In this document: piece by piece, positions 1-24,113 of the stretch | How the letters are laid out: the number at the start of each line of letters is the position of its first letter | How positions within the stretch are numbered: the first letter of the stretch is position 1 | From: Salpingoeca rosetta | Taxonomy: Eukaryota > Protista > Choanoflagellata | Length of the DNA stretch: 52,577 nucleotides | NCBI GenBank assembly: GCA_033442325.1 | Contig: JAWQFM010000004.1 | Coordinates: forward strand, 1,013,222 to 1,065,798 | Direction: 5' to 3' | The notes under the pieces: model-generated | The model's input: the letters and a program-made list of their open reading frames with translations, nothing else | Told to the model about the DNA's origin: nothing | The model's database searches: none | Translations under genes and position numbers: made by a program

Positions 1-26
1 AGACTCAGATATCACATTCACATGCT

Positions 27-370
27 CACACGCAGACATGCACGCGCAGCTCACACCCACAAACACACTTACTAACACACTCACACATACACACGCGCAC
101 ACACACACACACACATACACACGCACACACAAACACATACACACGCACACACACACATACACACGCACACACACACACACACAAACACACACACAAACAC
201 ACACACACACATACACACGCACACACACACACACACAAACACACACACAAACACACACACACATACACACGCGCACACACACACACACACACATACACAC
301 ACACATACGCGCACACACACACACACACACAAACACATACACACACACATACACACGCACACACACACGC
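27..370. repeat. (CA)n-rich imperfect microsatellite, representative of dozens of intronic/intergenic (CA)n/(TG)n tracts in the window
   Basis: Directly visible dinucleotide repeat; translates to HTHT/CVCV in the ORF track. Confidence 0.95.
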
Positions 371-399
371 ATGCATGTACGAGCTCACGCACAGGTTGT

Positions 400-1237
400 T
401 CAAAGCCAGTGTTGCTCGCGTCGCTGTACGGTGCGTTGCCTGAGGTTCACAAAAGTAATGTGGGCCACGGTGGTGCCGATAGGCATGTTCTCCGCAATAC
501 TGGTGGTATCAGGTAGCAGGGCTGTTGGCGCGTAGTTTGTATCTTCAACGTTGACGCGCACAAGAAAGTCAGCCAACAGCTGGGCAATGGCGCCGGTGTT
601 TTTTTGCACACACAGCAGCCTCGATGGCCGACCCATCCACAGGGACAGTGATGAGAGGCAGCGGGAAGCTGTTCTCTGGCACGCGCGTGGTGCCGAGGGA
701 GATGCGTTCTGGCGGCCTGTTGGTGTCATCACTGCACGTTGGGCCAACCCACTCGCCGACACCCGCACACTCAACCGCGCCTGGGTTGCACTCGCTGATG
801 TCGCGGCAGGCCAGCTCCGTGTCGGTGTAGGTCTGATCAGCCTGGCATGCGCACATGAACGGGGTCAATGTGAAGGGAATGGTGGGCGTGCTGCTGGATG
901 TGGTGTTGTAGTAAATGACGATACCGGAGGAGCACGTGTACACCACGGGGTCTTTCCCATGACTAGGATGTCATGGTGGCTGCATGCGCGGTCGCTGGTG
1001 CTGGCATCGGCAGCGCTCATCAATTGTGAATGTCACGGTCATGGTTTGCCACACGCTTGCGGTGTTGGGGATGCTGAACGTGGAGGTGGGGGTTGCCTGT
1101 CGCAGTGTGCTGGAGTAGGCTGACGTTTCATTGAGAGTGAAAGACACGATGAAACTAGCGTGTGGCGTGCAAGTGCTGCGTGCGCAGTGTTGTTCGCACG
1201 CAGTGCTGTTCACACCCAACGGACGCGCTCGCATCAA
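400..1237 (-). pseudogene. Degraded cadherin-repeat / Cys-rich surface protein fragment
   Basis: Cadherin boundary motifs DDTNRPP..TRVPEN and VRVNVEDTNYAP...SIAENMPIGTTVAHI, preceded by a Cys-rich segment (CACQADQTY..CRDISEC..C..GEWVGPTC). In-frame TGA at 971-973 between ORFs 971..1237 and 569..946. Frameshift near the T7 run at 599-605. The first cadherin repeat is only about half length. Confidence 0.6.
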
Positions 1238-3872
1238 GATACGCGCACGCTGCGAAAGGCCAGGTCAGGGCCGTCCTGGCTCGTGGGGCTGCGCAACTCA
1301 GAGAGGCACTGGAGGACAGCAAGTATAGCAGCCGTGTTGATGGCTGTTCGCGCTGTCTTTGTTTCATCGATGACTGTGGATTACGCGAGGGGCGCCTGGG
1401 CGTTGTTGTTGCTGCAGCTGTTGTTGTTGTTGTTGTTGTTGTTGTTTGGCATGCAGTTGTGCTGCAAGCACCATGCTCATGTCGATCACACACGACCACA
1501 GAGGAACCTGGCTGTGAAATGTGCTGAGCTGGATGCAGTAGACACTGACAGTGTGTGTGTATATGTGCCGGTGTCAAGTAGCGCAGCTGCCAGCGAGTGC
1601 AAGGTGAATATCATTGTGCATGTGTGTATGTGTTGTATGTTTGCGTGCGCGTGCGCGTCTGAATCATAGGATCATGGATGTGAACCCAAGTGAGCGTGCC
1701 AGAAGACATGTAACTTGTGGTCGTGGTGCTTACTGGAGGAAGCGGTGGCGTATCGTGGCGTGACAGGCGCGATGGGAGTTCCCAAGCGTGTGTTCAGTAG
1801 CACCCTCTACAATATCCATGACAGCATTATGTGACAACAAACCCAAGCCACACAAAGAAGTCAGGACAACCAATTGGCCATGTGGACAGTGCAATGCAGT
1901 CTTTGGTCAAGGTTGGTGCTGCAGCAAGACCCCTCCGCATACACAGCACACAGCACAACACAACACCACAACACAACACAGCACCCAGCACACCACAACA
2001 CACAACAGCACCCTCAAGCCCTCACTCACTCTTGGGGAGACAGTGTAACGGCCACAGCAGAGGCATACATTCACATCATGATGGCACGATGGCATGGTCC
2101 TTCTTCTTCCGTTCTCGTGAAAATTCGAGCGCAGCCCGATGATTGGTGCGCAACGATCGCAGATGCCACAGCATGCCTGTGTCTGTGGTATTGTGACACC
2201 GAGTGCGAGTTTGAGGTTGGCATTGTGTACACGCGGGTGCATGCTTTGCACGTGTACATCGTTGTGTGTGCGTGCTTACGGGCGCGTGTGCGTATGTGTG
2301 CGTGCGTGCAGGTGTTTCATGTGCGTGAGCGCATGTTGCTTGTCCTCGTCATCGGGTGTGAGTAGCTCACCTGGCGTCGCACATTGCAGGGGTGCTGTGG
2401 AGACGATCATGGTGATGATCAACTCTATCATGGGCCGCGACAGCAGGCGCTCTTTGCTCCACATCATCGTGAAGAAGCGGTGCGTACACCTGCCACATTT
2501 AATTCACATGCTGTGCTGTTTCACCTTCACACACACGCACACACACACACACGCACACACACACACACGCACACACACACACGCACACACACGCACGCAC
2601 ACACACACACACACACACGCACGCACACGTCCCTTACTGCTGCAAACCACAATCATCGCTGTCGTGTGTTCTGTTGTACCAGGCCCATCGGGTGGCTGCT
2701 GTTGCTATTCCCTTTTCCAACAGCAGAATCTTGCATACACAGCTGCACTCATCCAGGATCGAGCGGGACCGACCGCGGTGCCGCCACCACACATACAGGT
2801 GGGGCGTGTGGCTGTGAGTGATCTGGTGGCTCTTGCACTTCCGACTAATGTGCTTGCTCTGGCCATGCCTGTTTATGCACGTGTGTCGCCTCCCACCTAT
2901 GTGTTTTGCACACACACACAACACACAGACACAACACACACACATGCACATACACACATACACACACACACACATACACACATACACTCAGCGGTGCTCA
3001 GCACTCAGGAACAGATTAGGATATCCTGGACCAGCTGCACCGAGAGCATGCACAGCGCCTGACGCGCGCAGATGCGATCAAACGAATGGTGCAGGAACGA
3101 CAAGGGCAACAGCAGCAGCAGCCATCACCACCACCACCAGCAGCAATAGGAACAGCCACCGCAAGAGGAGCCATTTCTCGCCTGAACCCTCTCTGCATCT
3201 CGTGCACACCCCGTTGATGACCTTACACCTGCGATCATGCGCATCATTACTGACTGGACACCCAGCAAAAGCACAACCACTCAAGCCTCCACAGCTCTCA
3301 CACACACACACACACATGTGGAGTCAACCACAACAGCCCCAGCTGTCGCTGCGGCGCCAACTACCGCTGGCACCAGGGTCGACTGAGGCTGTCGATTGGA
3401 GTGGTTGACTGTCTGGAGGAACTACTGGCTTTGGATGCACCCCCCCCCCATCGCGGCCGACGCTGAAGGCGATATCTGATTGACGCCCTGTCCCTGATCG
3501 ATGCCCTGTCTCTTTGCTGTCACTGCTCTCGTTGCCGTCACGGTTGTCGTGCGCGTGTCCATTGTTCCCAACCAATACAACGCCCAACAGTGCACAGCCC
3601 CCGAACAAGATCAACATATCCCCTCAACAGGGAGGGTTCATGTCACAAGCCCCCAGACCACCAAGCAGATTTTTCCTCGCAATGAAGCCGATATCATCGG
3701 GAAGCTCTCCGTGTGCCCGAGAACATCCTGCTCTCCGCAACACCCTTGCAAATACACGATTCATCCTCGTCTTTGTGCACGCGTGTTCGCTGCCGCTTGC
3801 TTGCTTGTCGTGCGTCTGAGTTGCTGCTGCGACAGCATAAATTACATCAACGGAAGCAAGCAACAAGCGGTG

Positions 3873-10303
<6,431 letters not shown>

Positions 10304-11120
10304 TCGGGGGCTGGTGGTGTTGCTGTGTCGTGTTGTGTAGTTGTGGTTGCTGTCGTAGTTGTGTCGTTGTTGAGGTGGTGTCGTGTTGTGTAGTTGTGTA
10401 GTTGTCGTTGTTGTGTCGTTGTTTTGAGGTGGGGCGTGTGCGAAGCGACCGTGTTGTTGTGGCTGTCATGTTTGCGTTTGCGTTTGCGATGGTTTTTGTG
10501 TCGCTCGTCCTGCCCTGGGCGTACTCCACCTTACCGCTACTGTTACCTGCTTCGTCTTTTGCGTTGCGTGGGGTTCTCGTCGTTCATTTCCGCTCTTCAC
10601 GCCATTCTTCTTTCGTTTTCACCGCACGTCGATGTCTTCACCATTGCCAGTCTGCGTTGCATGTTGGTGCACGTGTACACGCGTCTTGGTTCGGTGCACG
10701 TGTACACGCGTCTTGGTTCGGGGCATGTGTGCACGTGTCTTTGGTTCGGGTTCATTATCAAGATCACACAACGCAAAGGGAAGAAACGAAATGGTGCGCA
10801 ACGCACGTGCCCACAAGAAAGAATGGGCGTGGCATTGCAGCAGCACAAAACACACGCGCACGCGTCAAAGCGGAGGAATCGCCTCCCACTCGCCAAAAGC
10901 ATCAACAACACACGCACAACCATCAATACACGTGTCCCCATGTTAGACTCGCTTGCTCTCGCTCTCTCACTCTTGTTGCTCTCACTCACTGTTGCTCTCT
11001 TCCATTCATAACCTGAGAGTGAAAGGAAGACAATTCACTCGCACCACCACCACCACCACCCCACCACCACACCACCACCACCATTCCTAGCACCACTACC
11101 ACGACGAGTTGCATGTGCGC

Positions 11121-12396
<1,276 letters not shown>

Positions 12397-12666
12397 CGTC
12401 ACAACGCTTGGGGTGTGTGTCTGTGTTTGGGGATCTACGATGCAAAGGCGTGGCAGGGCGTGTGTGTGAGCAAGCACGTGGGTGCGCCTTTGTTGTCTCT
12501 GTTGGCACAAGGGCGAAATTGACAAACACCAACAAGACGAAGACAGAGAAGACACAAAGAAGGCAATCACAAGCACAAACACATCCACACATACACATCC
12601 ACACACGCGCGTCCACGCACACAAGTACACACAAGTACACACAAGTACACACACGCGACAGCAGAG
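12397..12666. promoter_or_regulatory. Probable bidirectional promoter between TIM22 and EMC8/9
   Basis: Only 270 bp separate the two divergent start codons; contains a CACACAAGTA x3 repeat. Confidence 0.55.
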
Positions 12667-13462
12667 ATGCGGATACACGCTGCAGCGTATGTGAAGGCCG
12701 TGTGTCATGCGAGCAAGCACTCGTTTGGGGCGGTGAACGGCGTGCTGCTTGGGCTCGTGCATGAGGAAGGCAATGGCCGTCAGGAAGTGGAGGTGGTGGA
12801 CGTGCTGCCCATGCTGCACCAGCACACCACCCTCAACATGCTCGCCCAGATGGCCCTCTCACAGGTAGGAGAAGGGCAAGGGCGGAGCAAAAGGAAAGAG
12901 AAGACAAGGAAGACAAGAGGATGGGGAGAAAGACAGCAGGAGGGACGGAAGAGGGACAGCGTGCGTGTATCTGTGTGCGTATGTGTGTGTGTGTGTATCT
13001 GTACGTGTCTGCCTCGTTGTCGGCACGACTTGTCTGCCTCTCTGCCACGGCGTGACAACTGTGTTGATCTCTCTGCATATGGTCAGGCGGACGCATATGC
13101 GAGGTCCAAGGACATGCGCATCGTGGGCTACTATCACGCCAGTGCCCGTGCTTCATCATGCGAGTTAGTTTACGCTCCCGTGTCAGTGTTGTTAGTTGTG
13201 CATATGTGCGGATATGTGTCGATGGTTGAACAGCAGCTTCGCTGCTGCTGCTGTTGGGGGATGTTCATGTTATTAGCATTGCTCTCACATCACTCATCCT
13301 TTGTGTCGTTCAAAGGCTCTCTGGCAACGGTCCCTTGATCGCCGACAAGATCCACTCCAAGTGCAACGGCGCAGTGGCGTTGGTGGTACGTACACGTGCG
13401 CCCGCGCGTGCGCGTGTGTGTGTGTGAGTGTGTGTGTGAGTGCGTGTGTGTGTGTGTGTGTA

Positions 13463-13528
<66 letters not shown>

Positions 13529-14320
13529 TGTGTGTATCTGCACAACCATCCCTGATTTCGCCCTCTCGATGCATCAGGCCAACTTTGGGAAGCTGGCGCG
13601 CACGGGCATGGCAGACTGCCGCTTGTTCGAGGTGTGTGATGTGTGACATGCATGCATGCGCGTGTGTTCTCATCGTACTTCCCCCTCCCTACACAGCACA
13701 CTCACTGCACTAGCCACTGCGTTACTTTGACATGCCCACCACCTCCACCTCTCATGGCTGCAGCCATTCAAGAAGGGCTCCGATGGAAAGTGGAAGAGAA
13801 GGTAAGCGCGTGTGTTCAGCGCGATGCAGTTGAGGCGCAACCGAAAGACGTTTACAATCCCATCAACGCACATACGTGTACACTCATTCTCACCACACGC
13901 ACACGCACAACACGCACCCACATGTATGATTGCTCTCTCCACGTCAGCGATGAGGAGATTGTCATGCTGCCGACCGAGGAGCTCGCGTATCAGGTGCGCA
14001 AACCCACACGCACACGTACCTTGCGTGACACGTTGCACATGCATGCGTGAGGAGGGCTGTGCCGTGCTGTTGTTTTTCGCTGGTGCGACAGCAACGTTGT
14101 TTCCACGTCATTTTGCGTTTTCACCAAACGACGGTACCTCACACTATCACCACCTTCCCTCTCCCCCCCCCCCTTTGCCCAGACTGCTGCGGAGTTTGTT
14201 GCGAGCGGGGCGCATGAGGCGCTGGTTGACTTTGACGACCACGTGGCCGACGTCTCCCGCGATTGGCTCAACGAAGACCTCACACGCGACATCAAGCACC
14301 GCTTCCTCCCAACCCAATAG
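12667..14320 (+). CDS. EMC8: ER membrane protein complex subunit 8/9 (UPF0172, MPN-like), 7 exons
   Basis: MRIHAAAYVKAVCHASKHSFGAVNGVLLG...VDVLPMLH...|ADAYARSKDMRIVGYYHA...|IADKI...|LVDFDDHVADVSRDWLN. All intron phases are consistent. TAG at 14318-14320. Confidence 0.93.
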
Positions 14321-14755
14321 GGGCGAATGTGGTTGAAACGACGTGTTATGTGTGCGCGTGTGTGTCTGTGTGTGTCTGTGTGTGTCTGTCTGTCTTGTGT
14401 TTGCTCTGTGTGTGTGTGTGTGTGTGTCTGTGTGTGTCTGTGTGTGTCTGTGTGTGTGTCTGTGTGTGTGTCTGTGTGTGTGTCTGTCTTTGCGTTTGCT
14501 CTGTTGCTTGCTTGCTGCCTCCCTTCCCTCCCTCCCATTCCTTGCTTGTTCGCTCGCCCAATTTCCATCGCTTTGTCAGCAGTTGAATAGAGAAGCGCGC
14601 TTCCATCACAACGCCATCAAACAACGCACGTACACGCACACATGTGTCTGCTCATCACTGCAATCAGCAATCGCTTACTGCGTTATCGCGTAACACGCGA
14701 AACACCAAAGTGGCGTAGGAGAAACACAACGTAACCAAGATGGAAAAAAAATAGC

Positions 14756-14887
<132 letters not shown>

Positions 14888-14914
14888 TCACACACCATCA
14901 CGTTACCCGGTCAG

Positions 14915-18068
<3,154 letters not shown>

Positions 18069-18716
18069 CGTCGTCGTCGTCGTCGTGTTTGATCTTTTGA
18101 TGGATGTGCAAGGAAAATGGAGAATGGCGAGTGGAGTGTGTGTGGTACTTGTGACAGATAGATGTGCTCACCACCAAGTCGTGTCAAAGTAACAAAAGTG
18201 AAGTGAGTGAGGTGTGGTGATGATCGCTGGCTTGCTCGCCAAGGCAACACACAGGCACACCACACACACACAGAGATGAGCCAACCACTGGCTGAAGAAG
18301 CAATCGCTGTTTGCATCATCGTCGTCTTGCGTCCATTTCAGGTCATGATTGATGAATTTTATTGAACATCTTCGGCGACATTTCCGTAACGCCACCGTGT
18401 TCGGTGCTGAAGCAACAAAATGCGTTGCGTTCGTGCATCGTGGCGATGAACTGCGAAAGCTGTGTTGACATGAGGTGAAGGTGAGTAGAGTGGCGGGAAG
18501 TGGACAAGAAACCTTTGCAGACGTGGGTGAGGTGCGGCGAGCTTGAAGTGGGCACAAGGGCACAGCTCAAAAGCTCAAGTTCGCGAAGGAAGGCATGCGT
18601 GTCGAGTTGTGTTGAGTGTGAAGCGATGGCAAACGTCATCCACAGCCATGTGAGAAGCGCAAACGTTGCCGATGGCGATGTGAGTGAGGGAACACCCTAA
18701 CACTCCATAGACTCCA

Positions 18717-21700
18717 TCAAGCCTGAGCATTGCCAAAGCCGGCAATCTGCTCCTCCTCCTCTTCCTCCTCTTCCTGTTCTTCCTGATGCACGTGCTCCTC
18801 TTGTTCTTCCTCCTCTTCCTCCTCTTGCCCGTCGTCGTCCTTGCTGGCGCGGAAGAGGCGGACATCGGCATAGTCTTCTTCCTCTTCTTCCTCCTTCTCG
18901 CCCATGCCAGTGTTGTTGCTGTTGCGCGGCGCAAAGGCGGCAGCACGATGGGCGATGCCGATGGCATAGACGGGCTGGCCATCGTCCGTTGTGGCCGTGG
19001 CGTACATGTCGTTCACGCCAAAGGCTTCAGCGAACCGGTGCCCGCCGGCTGTCTGGGCATACGTGTCGTCGTTCAGGGCTCCTGCATGGGACGCGAGCGC
19101 GTAGCGGGCATCGGCAACACGCATGCTCCCGCCACGCCGGTTGTCGTAAACGGGCTGCTTTCGGGCCATTGCCATGGCATAGTCCTCGCTAGTCATCTGG
19201 GCATGCGCTTCCTCCCCGTTCGCATCGCCTGCATGGGCAGCGAGCGCATATGGGGCGTCCTCAGAGTGCTTTTCGTGACGGGTGTCCACAGCGCCGGTGT
19301 CATAATCCCCATCATACAGGGGATTGAACTTGTTGACCACAGCGCCGCCAACAACGCCATATGCGGCGGCATCCCATGTATGATCACCGGATGGAACGCC
19401 AATCTTTGTCTCATCCAGGCCAGCATACGAGTACGTAGCCGCGGTGGTGTTGCCTGCACCGGCGCTGCCCGTGCCAGCTTCGGTGTACACGGAGTTGATT
19501 GTCATGGGCTGACGCTGGGAGGGCACGTAGGGCAGGTAGCCCCGCACATCAACGGTCGTGTGGCTTGTGCTGGCGGCATCGCAGGCGTCCTTCACCAAGG
19601 CCTCCACCTCCTTCATCGTCGGGCGGTTGTTGGCGTCGAGAATGCAGCAGCGATCCACAATCCCGTACAGCGCACTTGGGACCGTGGGAACAGGGGCTGG
19701 CACCTTTCCTCCGCACACTGCAGCCTTGACGTCTTCTGCGGTGGGGGGGGGGGATAAGGAGGAGAAAGGCGAGGAGGAGGAGGAGGAGGTGGAGGAGGTG
19801 GTGGTGGTGTTGTTGTTGTTGAAAAGTTGTAAGGATGCAGTGGAGAAAGCGGCGGCACTACCAAAGCAGCAAGCGCAAGCACGCACGCACAAACAAAGGC
19901 AGCAAGCGTACGCACGCACCATCCATGTATGGGGTTGCGCCGAGGGAGATGATTTCCCAAAAGAGGATGCCGTAGGACCAAACGTCCGCTGCAGGCGTGG
20001 GCGTGAGCATGTGATCGGCAACAAGTTCCGGCGCGCACCAGCGCAGGAGATAATCGCCATCAGGGTGGGCGTCAGCGATGCCGGCACCATCGTTCTCCAC
20101 ACACGTCAGCTGTTGTGTTGATGATGGCGAGATGTCGTGAGTGGTGGTGAGGGAGATGGTGAGCAAGAGATGGTGTATGATGAGAGGAAATGGTGATTGT
20201 AATTGTGATTGCGTTCGTGGTCTGGGATGGTGCTTGTACATCTTGTACACAAACGCAGACACATTCACGCACACATACACAAGGAAACGAGCACGCACAC
20301 ATGCAACCCCCCCCCCCGCACACTCCCACATACACGTTTCCCACCTTCCAGTTTGGATCTGCGCCAATGAGGTGGATGGAGGCGGAGCGCGGACACGAGT
20401 GGACAAGCTGGCGGGAGTGCATCCAGACGAGGGCGGCGGCCGTCTGCTTGGCAATCTGCACCCGCTCAAAGTGCGACATGCCCTGCGAACGGAGGGAGGG
20501 CGGGGCGAAGAAGTGTGGTGGTGGTAATAGTGGCGGTGAGAGGGAGGGTGGTGATGGTGAGAGAGATGGTGATGGTGATGGCGTTGGTGATGGCGTTGGT
20601 GTTGGCGATGACCGTTGGATGTTCACGGTCCCGAACAGAGCTGCAAGCGAAAGGGGAAACAGCAAATACAGACATATCCATTCTTATTCAGGCAGGAGAA
20701 TCACACATGCTTGCGCACCTCTGGCCTGGTGTTGTCACGAGCGCGGGATGCACGAAGCCGGAGGTCGAGAGAGACCGTGGGAGCATGCACGACAATGCGG
20801 GCAGCACGCTCGTCAACGTGCATCGCACTGAATAGGCAGTGGTGTGTGGGTGAGTGAGTTAGCGCGTGTGAGTGTGAGTGTGAGTGTGAGTGTGAGTGTG
20901 AGTGTGAGTGTGAGTGTGAGTGTGAGTATGAGTGTCAGTGTGAGTATGAGTGTCAGTGTCAGTGTCAGTGTCAGTGTCAGTGTGCGTGTGAGTGTGGGAC
21001 TGCAGGATAAGAAGCTCACAATCTCCGACATGCCTACACTCGTGGCATTCTTCCGCACACACGCACATTTCCATATTCTCACGAACAGCCGCACGTCTGA
21101 ACAATTACCCGAGCATGTTCTCCGGCAACAGCTCGCGTTGCAGGGATCGCAGCAGGCGAATGTTCTGCACAAACAGGTGGTAATGAGGTGTACAGGGTTT
21201 TGGATGCCAGCGGTGAAAAAAGAAGGCTAGAAAGGGGAGGGAGGTGAGAGCTCCATGCCAAAGGCCCAATTCACGGTCTTCCATACATGCATGCAACAGA
21301 AACAGGATTGCTCACCTTGTTCATGCACGTAGTGAGCAATGTCGGGGCGTTCTCCCTCAAGGTGAAGCACCACAACTGGTTGCCCTGCAATCCAACGAGC
21401 AGATAGAGCAGCGACAAAGGTGGAGTGTGGTGATGGGAAGGAGAACACAGTGAGAAACACACGTACACGCAAACACAAACACACACACGCACACGCAAAC
21501 ACACAAGGTCCCACGCGTGTGTAGGTACTGACGTCGTGGTGTGTGAGCTTGACGGGTCCAAAGAATGACGAGAATGAAGCGTCTTTCATGCTGAGCGAAG
21601 CTGTGTCCAGTTGCGAGTAGTCGCCGACAACAAGGCGCTGGCGATTGCGGCGCACCACAGCGAAGATGACAACAATGGCAATGACAACGACCACGCCGCC

Positions 21701-22499
21701 ACCAGCAGCACCTGCGACGGGTCCCATGGACGCTGCGCTCTCCTGTGCAGCGATGGTGACGGGCTCGCTCGTCGATGAGGTGTCTGTCGCGGCGACTCTG
21801 GTTGGTGTGGTGGTAGCTGTGGATGCAGTTGTGATAAGTTTTGTCGTGGTCATGCCTGCAGTGGTTGTGTCTTTCATGGTGGTGTATGTCGTGGTAGCAG
21901 CTGTCGTGGCAGTGTGCACGGTCGTGGTGATGTTACCGCCAGCACTTTGGGTCGTGGTTGCAGGCCCAGCTGTCGTGGCATCGCTGGTTGTAGCCATGGA
22001 TGTGGTAGTCGGTGTTGTCGTCGATGTTTGTGTTGTGTCGAGGCCACGTTGGGCGCACTCCATAACATCTTCGAACTTCACGTTGGAGGAAAGCGTGAAT
22101 GTGGCACCCGTGGCAAGGACGAGGCCAGCATGGCGGGCCAAGTTGAAGCTGCGCACTGTCGTGTCCTGCGTGACGGTGATGTCGTAGGCATCCTCTGAAT
22201 TCTTCACTGACGCACGAGCACGCTGGTCGCTGCACGGCGAGCTGCCGCCAATCCAGTTGGACCCGGTCGACCATTCACCAGACATTGGAGACGCCCACGT
22301 GACTGTTTGTGTGGCGTGAGTGCAAAGCGGAATGATAGGGTGAGGCTGAGGGAAACGAAAGGAGGCGCGATGTGTGTGTGTGTGTTGTGGGGGGGGAGGT
22401 TGTGATGCGGTGCATGACACGAGGCGCAAAGTGGTTCCACTTGAACGCAAATGTACATGCATGTGCGAACGCACGCGCAAACGCACGTGCAAACGCATT

Positions 22500-22545
<46 letters not shown>

Positions 22546-23650
22546 CAGACACACACACACAGACACACACACACACAGGAACACGCACACGCATTCACAC
22601 CTGTTGTGGCACGTTGGACGGTGACAGACTTGCGGGCAACGACTCGCTCGGTGGCAGCGCCACTGGCGACTTCCAACGTGAAGGATGCAGCTTCAGTGTC
22701 GTCGTTGTTGTTGTTGAGTGGGACAATACCAGTCCACGTTGCGCCCGTGACGTTGTGTGCCTCCTCGTCATCTCCGCTGACGCCTGCGTACAGCACGCCA
22801 GCATCGCTGCTGGCTTGCCACGTGGCCTCGAAGACGGTAGTGGTGAGACTGCTGACATCAAACTCCTCAATCACGGGACAGGGTTCGGTACGCGCCTCGT
22901 TGGTGATCACAAACTCTCCACCGTCCTTCAGCATCAAGGGCTGATGCGGCGTCAGCGTCAGCTGCGTCATGCGAGCCTGTGTTTGGGTTGAGTTGGGGGT
23001 GAGAATGAGGGTGGGTGTGCGAGACGAAGTGATGGTTTCTATGTGCACATTCGATTGTGGGCGTGCTTTCAACTGCGCTCGTGACAGCGTGGTTGTGAAG
23101 TGCATGTGCGCTTCATTTCCCTTTAAGCTCACCTGGATGGCACCACTGATGTCGACGGGGCGCTTGATCATGGCTTCCTCGCAGGCGCAAGGGGCGCGAC
23201 CGGCGGTCCAGATGTCATTGGCTTCCCAGCGAGCAGCCTCGCCGGGCGCGGCGGCAGAACGGGCGGAGGAGATGGTGGTGCTTACCACTGTTGGCAACAG
23301 TAGGAACGAGGGAGAGGAGAGCAAGTGAATTGAGGAGTTGCTTGGTTTGATACTTGAGGCCTGCGCGCGGGTTTCACGCACGGGTATGCGAAACAAACCA
23401 AACAACACAAACAACGCAAACATCGCAAACAACGCAAACAACACAAGCACGCGAAGAGGAAGAAGGCAATCGATCAAATAAAACAAACAGCAGAGCACAG
23501 GAGATCACACCACTGCTGCACTGCGCTCAGACGCTCAGACGCACCTCGGATTGCATCGCACTTGTTGTCGCCAGCAGCAGCGCCATGAACGACCGTTGAC
23601 GTCGTTGGCGTCAGCACCAGCAGAGACGCCAGAAAGACCACCAGCAGCAT
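18717..23650 (-). CDS. Receptor tyrosine kinase-like pseudokinase with Tyr-rich acidic tail, about 9 exons
   Basis: Signal peptide [13 protein letters not shown]. Ectodomain with two WxxxxxWxxGxxPC modules and a Thr-rich stalk. [19 protein letters not shown] followed by RRNR. TK C-lobe [31 protein letters not shown]. Catalytic motifs are degenerate (HSCPRSAS for HRDLAARN, no [12 protein letters not shown] for VAVKTL). Confidence 0.85.
20869..20995. repeat. (GTGAGT)n/(GTCAGT)n hexamer microsatellite in an intron
   Basis: Directly visible. Confidence 0.9.
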
Positions 23651-23834
23651 GACGAGGGGTGGAGATGCTGAGGCTGAGGTGGAACACAGCAGCACAGCTG
23701 TTGCGAGAAGAGAAATGTGGGGGTGAAAGGGGGAGGGGCAAAGGTGAATGGGGTTTGGGAATCGGCTTTTATGCAAGATGTGCATGAATTTTCTCTTCCT
23801 AAACATTTCCGCGACAACAACTCACCAACCAACG

Positions 23835-24063
23835 ATGGCGCTGTCGACGAGGACTTGTGTTCTGCTGGCCGCCCTGGCCCTTGTTGCGCTCACAGGTCCG
23901 GATGAGTGTGCTGTGTGATATGTGTGTATGCGTGTGTGTGTGTGTGTGCACGTGTGTGTGTGCATACGTGTGTGTGTGTGTGCATACGTGTGTGTGTGTG
24001 TGTGCATACGTGTGTGTGTGTGCATACGTGTGTGTGTGTGTGTGTGCATACGTGTGTGTGCAT

Positions 24064-24113
<50 letters not shown>

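Noticed and set aside
1700-3800. Possible gene or exons (e.g. AG/GT-bounded segment 2371-2489 on the minus strand)
   Set aside because: No recognisable motif or consistent exon chain could be built; left unannotated.
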